A stretch of 64,000 nt of DNA from Chthoniobacterales bacterium (GTDB taxonomy: Bacteria > Verrucomicrobiota > Verrucomicrobiia > Chthoniobacterales > JAFAMB01), in contig DATNNZ010000462.1 of NCBI GenBank assembly GCA_035601575.1, positions 1,849-65,848 of the forward strand, read 5' to 3'. Under the pieces are notes generated by a model. It was given only the letters and a program-made list of their open reading frames with translations, had not been told where the DNA came from and searched no databases. Positions 16,399-24,829 of the stretch are shown piece after piece. The position numbers were made by a program, and so were the translations under genes. How positions within the stretch are numbered: position 1 is the stretch's first letter; the number at the start of each line of letters is the position of its first letter.

Positions 16399-16932
16399 TC
16401 ACTTGATTCGGAAGTCGGCTTGACGATCGAACTCTCTCTTCTGCTCCGGCGTCAGTTCATTGTAGTGCGCGCGTATCGTATAGCCACCAACCAACTTCCC
16501 GTTGTCAACGTATACCCAATCTGAAATCTCGTTCGGGTTTACCGAGACCAGTTGACCGACCTTTAGACCGTGAATCTTTCGTGGAGTATTATCCACTCGC
16601 CCCTGAAAACGACTTCCGGTGAACTGAACGTCAGACAACCAAATATGTTCGACGTCGCTTCCCTGCACGAACGGCTTTTTCACCTCAAAATCGGTCTGAC
16701 CAGCCACCGGGTGCTTCAACGCATCAATAAACTTGCCAACGGTTTTGCGAGCCTTGGTCACCGCTTGATGCATGGCAGCATGCTCGTTCTGAACTTGGTA
16801 ATACTCCGGTTCAATCGTTGTTTTGTTCTGGAGTTCTTTTGCGATCGGGTTATCGGCCCTGGCCGGTAAAGTTATCCCGGCCAAAAAAACGGTTGCTAGG
16901 AGCTGGTTGATCTGAGTTCGTCGACACCTCAT
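16399..16932 (-). CDS. Secreted DUF2314 (YegJ-like) domain protein
   Basis: Start set at ATG 16932 (MRCRRTQINQLLATVFLAGITLPARA signal); ..KKPFVQGSDVEHIWLSDVQF..GRVDNTP.. Confidence 0.6.
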   Translation of the reverse strand: MRCRRTQINQLLATVFLAGITLPARADNPIAKELQNKTTIEPEYYQVQNEHAAMHQAVTKARKTVGKFIDALKHPVAGQTDFEVKKPFVQGSDVEHIWLSDVQFTGSRFQGRVDNTPRKIHGLKVGQLVSVNPNEISDWVYVDNGKLVGGYTIRAHYNELTPEQKREFDRQADFRIK

Positions 16933-17066
16933 GACACGACCGTAACACGCGAAGAGTCTCCGGCAATAAGCGTTCAACGAGCTTACGTGACCTGAATCGA
17001 GCGATCTTTTTCGACGGCTAGCCCCCGCCTTGAATACAAGGCTGGGGACCAGAAATCCGCCACCAC

Positions 17067-17101
17067 TCGCAACCCGCAACCCGCAACCTGCAACCCGCAA
17101 C
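17067..17101. repeat. Period-7 tract (CCGCAAC type)
   Basis: tcgcaac|ccgcaac|ccgcaac|ctgcaac|ccgcaac, directly abutting the stop of the aldo/keto reductase gene (17102). Confidence 0.85.
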
Positions 17102-18166
17102 CTACTGTATGTGCGGTCCGAGTAATGAGAGATCGGCCTTGCTGAGTCGTTCCTTGGCCGTTTTGGCCTGATGCCAATAGGGGTATAACAACACCGGCGC
17201 GCTGGCTTTATCGAGTCGAGCTTGTTCTTGTGGTGCAAGCCGCACGTTGGCCGCGGCCAGGTTATCGGCCAACTGCTCTTCGGTTCGAGCACCGATGATC
17301 AGAGAAGTCACACCCGGTCGTCCGAGCAGGTAAGCCAAAGCGACTTGAGCAGGCGAAGCCTTGTGCGTCTCTCCAAGTTCGACCAGCAAATCGATGATAT
17401 TATAAAGCTGTTCTTCGTTGTGAATTGGTGGTTCGCCCCAATTATTGAAATGACGGGTGCCTTCCGGAGTTTTCTGACCACGGCGGTACTTGCCAGTCAA
17501 CAAGCCTCCAGCCAGTGGGCTCCAAACGAGAATACCAAGACCTTGATCCAGTGTAATCGGAACGAGTTCGTACTCGGCGTCTCGAGCCTGCAACGAGTAG
17601 TAAATCTGCTGGCTGACAAAACGCGCATAATTCCGGCGATCGGAAACCGCGAGAGCCTTCATCAGATGCCATCCCGAATAGTTGGAGCAGCCGATGTAAC
17701 GCACTTTTCCGGAGCGGACCAGGGTATCAAGGGTTTCCAGCGTTTCTTCGAGCGGCGTTTCTCCATCCCATTCATGGATTTGATAGAGATCGATGTAATC
17801 CGTCCGGAGCCGCCGTAAACTGTCCTCGCACTCTTTGATGATGTGGTGCCGTGAGGCGCCGCCATCGTTTGGTCCGTCACGCATGACCATCCGGAACTTC
17901 GTGGCGATCAGTACTTGATCACGGCGTCCCTCCAAAACTTGACCAAGAATCTCTTCCGATAGCCCGTGAGAGTAGATGTTGGCCGTATCAAATAGGTTGA
18001 CACCTGCATCCAGACAGAGGTCCACTTGATAGCGCGCGCCCTTCACGTCCGTTGCGCCCACTTTGTTGAAGAACGTCTCGCCGCCGAAGGTCATGGTGCC
18101 CAGGCTAAGCACCGAAACGCGGAGACCCGATTGTCCTAGTTGACGATATTCCATAAGTGAACCCAT
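17102..18166 (-). CDS. Aldo/keto reductase
   Basis: ..LGTMTFGG.., ..IDLYQIHEWD..; 354 aa. Confidence 0.85.
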   Translation of the reverse strand: MGSLMEYRQLGQSGLRVSVLSLGTMTFGGETFFNKVGATDVKGARYQVDLCLDAGVNLFDTANIYSHGLSEEILGQVLEGRRDQVLIATKFRMVMRDGPNDGGASRHHIIKECEDSLRRLRTDYIDLYQIHEWDGETPLEETLETLDTLVRSGKVRYIGCSNYSGWHLMKALAVSDRRNYARFVSQQIYYSLQARDAEYELVPITLDQGLGILVWSPLAGGLLTGKYRRGQKTPEGTRHFNNWGEPPIHNEEQLYNIIDLLVELGETHKASPAQVALAYLLGRPGVTSLIIGARTEEQLADNLAAANVRLAPQEQARLDKASAPVLLYPYWHQAKTAKERLSKADLSLLGPHIQ

Positions 18167-18171
18167 ATATC

Positions 18172-18294
18172 ACCGTTTGGCTGTCGCCAAACGGTATAAC
18201 AAATGACAGATAACAATTAGCAGTTGCGAAAGTCGAAGGGCCAGCCGTTTTGAACCGCAACTTGTAACCCGCAACTTGCAGCCCGCAACCTGCG
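18172..18294. repeat. Composite: perfect 10-bp hairpin + TGACAAA-type heptamers + GCAACYY-type heptamers
   Basis: ACCGTTTGGC-tgtc-GCCAAACGGT (18172..18195), ataacaa|atgacag|ataacaa|ttagcag, then accgcaa|cttgtaa|cccgcaa|cttgcag|cccgcaa (18254..18294). Confidence 0.8.
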
Positions 18295-18302
18295 TGAGGG
18301 AG

Positions 18303-18955
18303 TCAGCCGCCGATCTCCACACTTGGTCGCCGCAAATACGTGATCAAACCTGCCGCAATGAAGATAACCAGGATCCCAGCCAGCATGACACTGCCGGGGC
18401 TCAGTGACAGACGCTCAAACCACTGCGTGTAAAGGTGGATGACAGCGAACACCGTTCCTGTCGTGACGACCCAACGCCGGTGGGTAAAGGCGGCCCACGC
18501 AACCAAGAAAACGAGAAAGAGCGCCATGTCACCACAAAGACCATTGCTGACTCACCCCCGAATCGGCTGCGATCGCCCCATAATGATCCAATCCAAAACG
18601 CCAGATTCACAATGACGAAAGCGCTCGCTGCGAAGCTTTTCACTGGGCGAGAGAAACGGATTGGCAATCGGTTACCCATCGCGCCCGCAATCGCCGACAT
18701 GATGGCAAACACTGCGATCGTCAGCGTTGGTTGTTCAACGCAGAGGAAGTACATAGCGTGCATGTAACCGGTCATTTCGCCAAGCGCGCCGAGAAACATG
18801 AAGCTCGACAGGGCAGCCATCGATCCGCTTCGGACGCTCAGCCCGCCAGCCAAAGAAACGGTTGCTTCAGCGGCAAATTTGCGAAGGCGGTTATATTCCT
18901 CCGCTGTGATTCGCCCTTCATTTTTTAGTTGGTCCAAATCGAGTGTGACTTTCAT
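18303..18955 (-). pseudogene. Multi-TM membrane protein split by an apparent frameshift (or sequencing error)
   Basis: ORFs 18401..19036 and 18303..18527 overlap. Only the first ~145 aa of one and all of the other look membrane-like. The switch must lie in 18528..18551 (in-frame TGA at 18552-18554 of the downstream frame). Confidence 0.4.
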
Positions 18956-19160
18956 CGCATCGCTGTTTGTTGCGAAATTGGGTATGATCGAAGTCTCGTC
19001 ATAGAGGAAAGAAAGCTTCATCCATCGCGCTAGCATAATTGATGATTCTTGAAGCTATATTGATTCGACCGATGATCGAATGGGTAATCGGCCACAGCTA
19101 AAGCTTGACGCAGATGAAGTCACAACCCAATCGTTCGAACCTCCCGAGGCTTCCGACTTC

Positions 19161-19188
19161 GCCAACCCGCAACCTGCAACCTCCAGCC
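19161..19188. repeat. Period-7 tract (CGCAACC type)
   Basis: gccaacc|cgcaacc|tgcaacc|tccagcc, ending 1 nt from the stop (19190-19192) of the decayed methyltransferase. Confidence 0.7.
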
Positions 19189-19189
19189 T

Positions 19190-19984
19190 CTACGGCTCCA
19201 TCCTCGCCACCAACATCGGTTCGACAAAAGAGATCAGTTGCCCTTCGCCATCGAACTTAGGGTCCAACCATCTCGTCACCTCCGGACTGCGAGCGCCAAA
19301 ATGTTGGTTTAGTTCGGCAATGCGTGCAGCGTTATAACCCGCCTGAGTTACCCACCAGTCAAACTGTAAACGATAGGGAACGATCTGGTGTTTGATCCAA
19401 GAAAACCCGGCATCGCGAGCTAGGTCCTGCCACTGCGAAACGGTTCGCTGAAGAAAATGAGATGGGTCACGCGTGCGTTCCCAGCGGTCAATCCAGTCAG
19501 AGATTTCAGCGGCTGGGCTGATCTGATCGGCCAGGATAAATCTTCCATTATTCGTTAGGACTCGATGGACCTCGTCAAGAAATTTCGCCGCATTGTGAAA
19601 ATGATGCGGCGCGTGTCGCGAAACAACCAGCGAGAAAGCACCCGCTCTGCCAAGGAGTTGAACTGGTCTCGACTGGAAGAGATCTGCATCAGCGGAAAAA
19701 TGGTGGAGCCCACACCGTTAAACAATTTAATACTACGGTCCCCCGACTATCGAGCGTTTAAGAATACTGTAGAGGAGCCCTGAATACTCTGGAGGCTTGC
19801 AGTCGAAATCGGAAGCGGGCAGCCCGGCCGGCTGCTGATTTCTGCATGTAGTTTTCCGTGTTCTGCGTGTATCCGGGGTGGTGACAAGCTGGCCGATGCC
19901 GGAGCCGCCGCCGTCCCAGCAATCATCCGATGACAGCCGTTTATTAGAAGGGTATTTCATGTTGACGATGCCCACATTAAGCAT
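19190..19984 (-). pseudogene. Class I SAM-dependent methyltransferase, disrupted (three in-frame stops, no usable start for the conserved part)
   Basis: Stop-to-stop frame 19190..19717 reads ..AFSLVVSRHAPHHFHNAAKFLDEVHRVLTNNGRFILADQ.. with no start codon. TAG 19733-35, TAA 19727-29 and TAA 19718-20 separate it from ORF 19733..19984 (..DCWDGGGSGIG..). Confidence 0.55.
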
Positions 19985-20025
19985 GGCATGTTGCTCTTGT
20001 CAACATTTTGTGCTTTGCTCTCTCC

Positions 20026-20625
20026 ATGAAAGCCGAACGACCTTATCATCACGGCCATCTTAAGCTGACCCTCCTTAACGCCGCTCTCGCTCTAATCAGT
20101 GAGGTCGGCCCCCAGGCTTTCACCTTGCGCGAGGTGGCGCGCCGAGCTGATGTCTCTCATAATGCCCCTTATCGTCATTTCCGCGACAAAGATGAACTCC
20201 TGGCCGTCGTCGCAGTCCAAGGCTTCGAACGATTGACCGCAGCGATGAAGCGTTCCGCTGCTCGTGGTTCGAAGCCCGAAGAGCGGTTTCGACTCTGCGG
20301 CCGCGGTTATGTCAGTTTCGCTCTGCGGTGGCCACAGCATTTCCTGGTGATGTTCGATTTGCCATTAAGCCGCGATAAATATCCGGAATACGCTAAAGCG
20401 GGAGATGAAGCGTTTGCCACATTGCTCGCTCTCATCGTTGAATGCCAAGAAGCCGGTGTGTTGTCGAGAGGGGACCCTGAACCGATGGCTTTGGTAGCAT
20501 GGTCGATGGTGCACGGCATTGCAAAGTTGGCCGCCAGTTCTCATTTGCCGTTTCCGAGAGATGGTATTCTCGATTTCGCGGATGCCGCCACGCGCGTGAT
20601 AACGGCGGGAATGGGCAAGGCGTGA
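20026..20625 (+). CDS. TetR/AcrR-family transcriptional regulator
   Basis: HTH FTLREVARRADVSHNAPYRHFRDK; start set at ATG 20026. Confidence 0.85.
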   Translation: MKAERPYHHGHLKLTLLNAALALISEVGPQAFTLREVARRADVSHNAPYRHFRDKDELLAVVAVQGFERLTAAMKRSAARGSKPEERFRLCGRGYVSFALRWPQHFLVMFDLPLSRDKYPEYAKAGDEAFATLLALIVECQEAGVLSRGDPEPMALVAWSMVHGIAKLAASSHLPFPRDGILDFADAATRVITAGMGKA

Positions 20626-20733
20626 GCAGGGAGCAGGGAAGGCGTGAGAAGTGAAAAGACTATGTCGGACAGGCTAGTCGGCCGCTACCAATCTGGTCGG
20701 TCACCAATCACCAGTCACTTCTCACGCCTTCCC
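20620..20733. repeat. Heptamer tract (GCGTGAG type) forming a 19-bp perfect inverted repeat with a 60-nt loop
   Basis: gcgtgag|cagggag|cagggaa|ggcgtga|gaagtga; GGGAAGGCGTGAGAAGTGA (20636..20654) is the exact reverse complement of 20715..20733; the TetR stop lies inside. Confidence 0.85.
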
Positions 20734-20744
20734 GCCGCTGTCCT

Positions 20745-22103
20745 CTACATGCTGGATTCTGGAAGCGTCTCATCAGTAAACCGTGAGCCCTTTAGTCCAG
20801 CTACTGCCGCAGTCTTAATTCCGGAGGCCAACCAGAGACCAATGGCAGCCCAACCGATGTAGATCCAGGCAACTTGGCCGAAGCCGACGAGTTGATGATT
20901 GGCTCCATCGTGGATCACCCACCCGGCCATCGTTGCCGCCAACGCTGCGGAAAATTGTGCAACGGCCGAGTTGACGCTCATAAATCCGCCCCGATGCTCG
21001 GGCTCTACGCTGCTGGTGATCATTGCCATAGCGGGAACAAACCGGCCAGTCATCGAGATCATAAAGAAGGTCGAAACCGCGACCGCCAGAGGCGCTGGGA
21101 CGGCAGGTAAATGAGTCGCCAGGAATGCCGCGACTATCGAGCAGATCATCATGATAGTGAAAATTCTCATCCGCCCGTATCGATCAGCCATTCGACCAAC
21201 GCCGTTCATGGTAAAGAGCGTCGCGCTTCCGCCGATTAAGTAGACCCAGCGAAGCTCGGCGCTATTCAGTCGGACGTTGGAAATAAGATAGTTAGCGAGA
21301 TCAGGTATGATCATGAATCCGCCTAAAGTGATTACCGACATGAGGGCTAATGCGCGAAGATGATTCGCGCTGGCCAGGATACCCCAAAACCGGCGCAGCG
21401 GCGTTTCACTGCGGCTGGCCTTCAGATGCGCTCGGACCTTCGGCAATCGCACGAAGGCAAGAATCCAAACAATTGCGCTCAGGGCAGCCAAAAGCAGAAA
21501 GGGAACATGCCAGCCAAGCTTGTCCGCAAGGTAGAGGCCCAACGGAATACCCGCTACTTGAGCGACCGAAAACGCGGACATGACGGCTCCTACCGCCGAG
21601 GCCTGACGACTGTCCGGCACGAGATCTCCGACCATCGCCAGACTGATGCCCCCGACGATCCCGCCAAAAAAACCAGCTAACGCGCGGGCGAACACCAACG
21701 TTTCGTAGGTTGGAGCAAGTGCGCAGAGCAGAGTGCCGATAGCAAACCCAGCGTAGATCATCAGTAGCGCGCTCTTGCGATCGAATCGATCGAGAAAGAA
21801 TGCGGCACCGAGCCCCGACACGCCCGCTGCGCCCGCGTAGGCCGATACCGCTAAGTTAAAGGCGGGCGTATCGATACCAAAGATGCGCATCAACTGCGGC
21901 CCGAGAGGCATCATAATGACGAAGTCGACCGCGACCGTGAACTGCACCGCTGCCAGCATTAGCAGCAGAAGCCATTCGCTCAATGGTCGTCGCAGCGAAT
22001 CTTCGGGTTGAGATTGAGGCCGGGGAACTTTTGCTTGAGTGGCCGAAGAATGTACGGGCGTGGTCAAGACGGCCACTTTCGATGCGGATCGGCTTAGAGT
22101 CAA
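20745..22103 (-). CDS. MFS transporter
   Basis: 452 aa, about 12 hydrophobic segments; convergent with the TetR gene. Confidence 0.75.
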   Translation of the reverse strand: MTLSRSASKVAVLTTPVHSSATQAKVPRPQSQPEDSLRRPLSEWLLLLMLAAVQFTVAVDFVIMMPLGPQLMRIFGIDTPAFNLAVSAYAGAAGVSGLGAAFFLDRFDRKSALLMIYAGFAIGTLLCALAPTYETLVFARALAGFFGGIVGGISLAMVGDLVPDSRQASAVGAVMSAFSVAQVAGIPLGLYLADKLGWHVPFLLLAALSAIVWILAFVRLPKVRAHLKASRSETPLRRFWGILASANHLRALALMSVITLGGFMIIPDLANYLISNVRLNSAELRWVYLIGGSATLFTMNGVGRMADRYGRMRIFTIMMICSIVAAFLATHLPAVPAPLAVAVSTFFMISMTGRFVPAMAMITSSVEPEHRGGFMSVNSAVAQFSAALAATMAGWVIHDGANHQLVGFGQVAWIYIGWAAIGLWLASGIKTAAVAGLKGSRFTDETLPESSM

Positions 22104-22187
22104 AACGCACCGGAGGTTCCCGCCACCGTGCGCGCTATGATCGCTGATGCGCGTGACTTTCGGTCCAAAGGCGAATAGAAAATCACG

Positions 22188-22751
22188 ATGAACCGCGCTG
22201 AGTTTCGAAACACTTTATTGTCTCTCGACCTTTCTGCTCGGCCGGACGAAGTGACTTGTCGGCAGCGGATGGTCGAATTGCTCGATTCGTGCCCGAACTG
22301 CTTCAGACGTGATGCTTTTCCGGCCCATTTTACCGGGAGCGCGTTTGTGGTCAGCGCGGACGGAGCCCGCAGTCTATTGCATCATCATCGAAAGCTAGAC
22401 CGTTGGCTGCAGTTCGGAGGCCATTGCGACGGCGAGGAAGACGTTCTTTCGGTAGCGCAACGCGAAGCGTACGAGGAATCCGGGATTCAAGGCTTGGTCG
22501 TCGCCTCGGCCCGGCCGTTTGATCTCGATATCCACGAGATTCCAGCATTGGGAGACGAACCCGGGCATCTGCACTACGATGTCCGATATGTTCTCATCGC
22601 TCCGGAACAGGCGGAGATTCAAACTAGTTCGGAGAGCAAGGAGTTGCGTTGGTTTGAGCCCAGCGAGATAGGGAGATGGCCCCTGGATCCGGGGCTGCTA
22701 CGCCTGATTGAAAAGTGGCAAGCGCTTTTGGCCAGGCGTTCGCATATTTGA
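22188..22751 (+). CDS. NUDIX hydrolase
   Basis: Nudix box GGHCDGEEDVLSVAQREAYEESGI. Confidence 0.85.
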   Translation: MNRAEFRNTLLSLDLSARPDEVTCRQRMVELLDSCPNCFRRDAFPAHFTGSAFVVSADGARSLLHHHRKLDRWLQFGGHCDGEEDVLSVAQREAYEESGIQGLVVASARPFDLDIHEIPALGDEPGHLHYDVRYVLIAPEQAEIQTSSESKELRWFEPSEIGRWPLDPGLLRLIEKWQALLARRSHI

Positions 22752-22845
22752 TCGAGCCGGCGGTCGCATTGTTGGTGCCATTTTTTCTATGGCTGTTTAC
22801 TAGGCTTCACGGTGAGTTTTGTGAGTGCCTACTATCATGCGTAGC

Positions 22846-22870
22846 GCGGAAGCCGCCGAACGGCTTCCGC
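22846..22870. terminator. Candidate bidirectional terminator hairpin between convergent genes
   Basis: Perfect 10-bp stem GCGGAAGCCG / CGGCTTCCGC with a 5-nt loop; a T-rich tail (CATTCGTTTTCTT) on the + side only. Confidence 0.45.
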
Positions 22871-22901
22871 ATACATTCGTTTTCTTAAGTATCGTCCGCC
22901 T

Positions 22902-23144
22902 TTAGCCGGGCCCAAAGATGACAAACTCGTGGCGGTGATGCCGAAAGACCCAATAGCCACGTTGGCCACGCCAATAACCGTAGTGATGGTGGTGCCAGTA
23001 TTCTTCATGCCAATCATGGTCGCCACGATCTTCATAGTGATCCCGCTCATGATGTTCGTAATAGTGATGATCGTCCGCGCGTGCCACGTAAGAAGTTCCG
23101 ACGACCGCTAGAATAGTGCTGAGACTGAATAGCAAAGGCTTCAT
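22902..23144 (-). CDS. Small secreted His/Tyr/Trp-rich protein, unknown function
   Basis: Signal peptide MKPLLFSLSTILAVVGTSYVARA; mature DDHHYYEHHERDHYEDRGDHDWHEEYWHHHHYGYWRGQRGYWVFRHHRHEFVIFGPG. Confidence 0.6.
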   Translation of the reverse strand: MKPLLFSLSTILAVVGTSYVARADDHHYYEHHERDHYEDRGDHDWHEEYWHHHHYGYWRGQRGYWVFRHHRHEFVIFGPG

Positions 23145-23485
23145 CTGAAAGCTGTGACGAACGTTAACGGCGAATTATTCGGTGGAACGATCCAGCAATC
23201 GCAACACTTAAAGAGAAAGATATCGCAGTTATTTCGCGCATCGTAAAAAACGCACGATCAATCGGTTCAAATGCAATACGAGAAAAGAAACGAGACGGGA
23301 ATATTGAAGCCGGAGTAGAGTCTAAGATTTAGAAGGGCGCATTTAACCGGTGGTTACCCAAGAATTGTTGGCCAGCGAAAAGGTGAATCCATCGGCAATG
23401 CTCTTTACGTAAATCAATACACGAGTTAATCACAACGTACGTGTTCAGGGATGTAAAAACTCCAATTCCAACGACTCCACTTTCT

Positions 23486-24088
23486 ATGAAATTGATCGGC
23501 TCCGGTTCGCTTCTCTGCCTTTTATCACTTCCGTTCTTCGGCTGGGCGTCAGAGACACCTCAGACCAACGGAAAATTATCGATTGGTGATCCGATCCCGG
23601 CGGTCATAGCTGCGGATCAAGACGGCAAATCCGTTAACCTTGCGCAAGCCGCAAAGGATGGATACACGCTGGTCTATTTCTATCCAAAAGCGATGACGGC
23701 CGGTTGTACGGCGCAAGCCTGCAGTCTTCGCGACGCCTATCAAGACCTTCAGCAGAAGGGGGTGAAAGTCTACGGAGTGAGTCTGGACACGATAGACGCC
23801 CAAAAGGAGTTCCAGACAAAAGAGAATTTGCCATTTGAATTGCTCTCCGACACCGACCATAAGGTCACTTCCGCTTTTGGCGTGCCGCTCATAAAGGACG
23901 CATTCGCGACCCGGCAGGCATATCTATTTAAGAACGGGCGGCTCGTGTGGTTAGATACGAAGGCTTCGACCGACAAGCAGGCAGCCGACGTTCTTCTGGT
24001 GCTTTCCGGGAATAACGGCACAACCGTTAATGCGGCAAATAAGGCCGGTACTGAGGCAAAGAAACCGGGGCCTGCGGCGGCTAATTAG
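23486..24088 (+). CDS. bcp: Thiol peroxidase Bcp/PrxQ (AhpC/TSA family) with a predicted signal peptide
   Basis: YFYPKAMTAGCTAQAC (CxxxxC); N-terminal MKLIGSGSLLCLLSLPFFGWA; Ala/Lys-rich C-terminal tail. Confidence 0.8.
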   Translation: MKLIGSGSLLCLLSLPFFGWASETPQTNGKLSIGDPIPAVIAADQDGKSVNLAQAAKDGYTLVYFYPKAMTAGCTAQACSLRDAYQDLQQKGVKVYGVSLDTIDAQKEFQTKENLPFELLSDTDHKVTSAFGVPLIKDAFATRQAYLFKNGRLVWLDTKASTDKQAADVLLVLSGNNGTTVNAANKAGTEAKKPGPAAAN

Positions 24089-24116
24089 CAAATCAGCGAA
24101 TAGCGATTGCTGATCA

Positions 24117-24752
24117 GTGAAAATTCTCAGCTCGCCGAAAGGCGGAATCGTGTCTATGGTCCGCCGTATGCGTTGTCGTGCGGGCAGTCTTCTCAGCCAA
24201 CAGAAACATCTCCCATTTCTTTTGCTAGGTCTATGTTCGGTTGCCCGGATTCAGGCCGAAGATCTAACGACGGCGTCAGGCCATACCTTTCACAATGTTC
24301 AGGTTACCAGCCGGAGCACCACGACCTTGGTCATTCAAAGTAACGAAGGCCAAGCAGTGGTGCCGGTTTCGGATTTAAAGCCGGCCGACAAGGAGAGATT
24401 TTCCAAGGATTTGACCAAAGCGATCGAGCTTCCAGCTCTTACCGTTATCGGCGAGCAAAAGGCTGATTTCACGAAGGCTCCGCCAGATTCGCGGATCGAC
24501 AATATCGCTGATAAAGAGTTTCGCCGGCAGTCTCAGGATAAGAAAGACAAAGCCGAAGATAAGGCGCTTCATCCCCAGTACAAACCGTGGCAATTGATGC
24601 CGGGGGTTGGCCTCGGAATCAGCGGCGCCAATATCCGGAGCGACAGCGCGACGAGCCCATCCTACCTGACGCCCGAATATCAAAGCTTATCCCCCTCGAT
24701 TGTGGAAAAGCAGTTGAAGGTGTTCGCCGACGCGGTCGATAAGGGGCAGTGA
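24117..24752 (+). CDS. Hypothetical secreted protein
   Basis: Signal-like LPFLLLGLCSVARIQA, Lys/Asp-rich middle; start uncertain (GTG 24117 or ATG 24156). Confidence 0.45.
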   Translation: MKILSSPKGGIVSMVRRMRCRAGSLLSQQKHLPFLLLGLCSVARIQAEDLTTASGHTFHNVQVTSRSTTTLVIQSNEGQAVVPVSDLKPADKERFSKDLTKAIELPALTVIGEQKADFTKAPPDSRIDNIADKEFRRQSQDKKDKAEDKALHPQYKPWQLMPGVGLGISGANIRSDSATSPSYLTPEYQSLSPSIVEKQLKVFADAVDKGQ

Positions 24753-24755
24753 CAG

Positions 24756-24798
24756 GACCGCTACGCGGTCATGACAGATGACAGATGGCAAATAGCAT
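24756..24798. repeat. GC hairpin plus period-7 tract (TGACAGA type)
   Basis: GACCGC-tac-GCGGTC then atgacag|atgacag|atggcaa|atagcat; starts 4 nt after the upstream stop. Confidence 0.75.
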
Positions 24799-24829
24799 AC
24801 CTTGGCTATTTGGTATCGGCTATTCGAAG

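Noticed and set aside
16933-17292. N-terminal 120 codons of ORF 16399..17292
   Set aside because: This part overlaps the 3' end of the aldo/keto reductase gene and runs through the CCGCAAC heptamer tract. A signal peptide begins at the internal ATG 16932.
19080-19337. 85-aa plus-strand ORF
   Set aside because: It starts in the CGCAACC heptamer tract and lies antisense to the much more convincing methyltransferase remnant.
23145-23485. Possible ncRNA or riboswitch in the 340-bp spacer between the His-rich gene and bcp
   Set aside because: It is AT-rich and consistent with two divergent promoters. I could find no extended stems or known motif.
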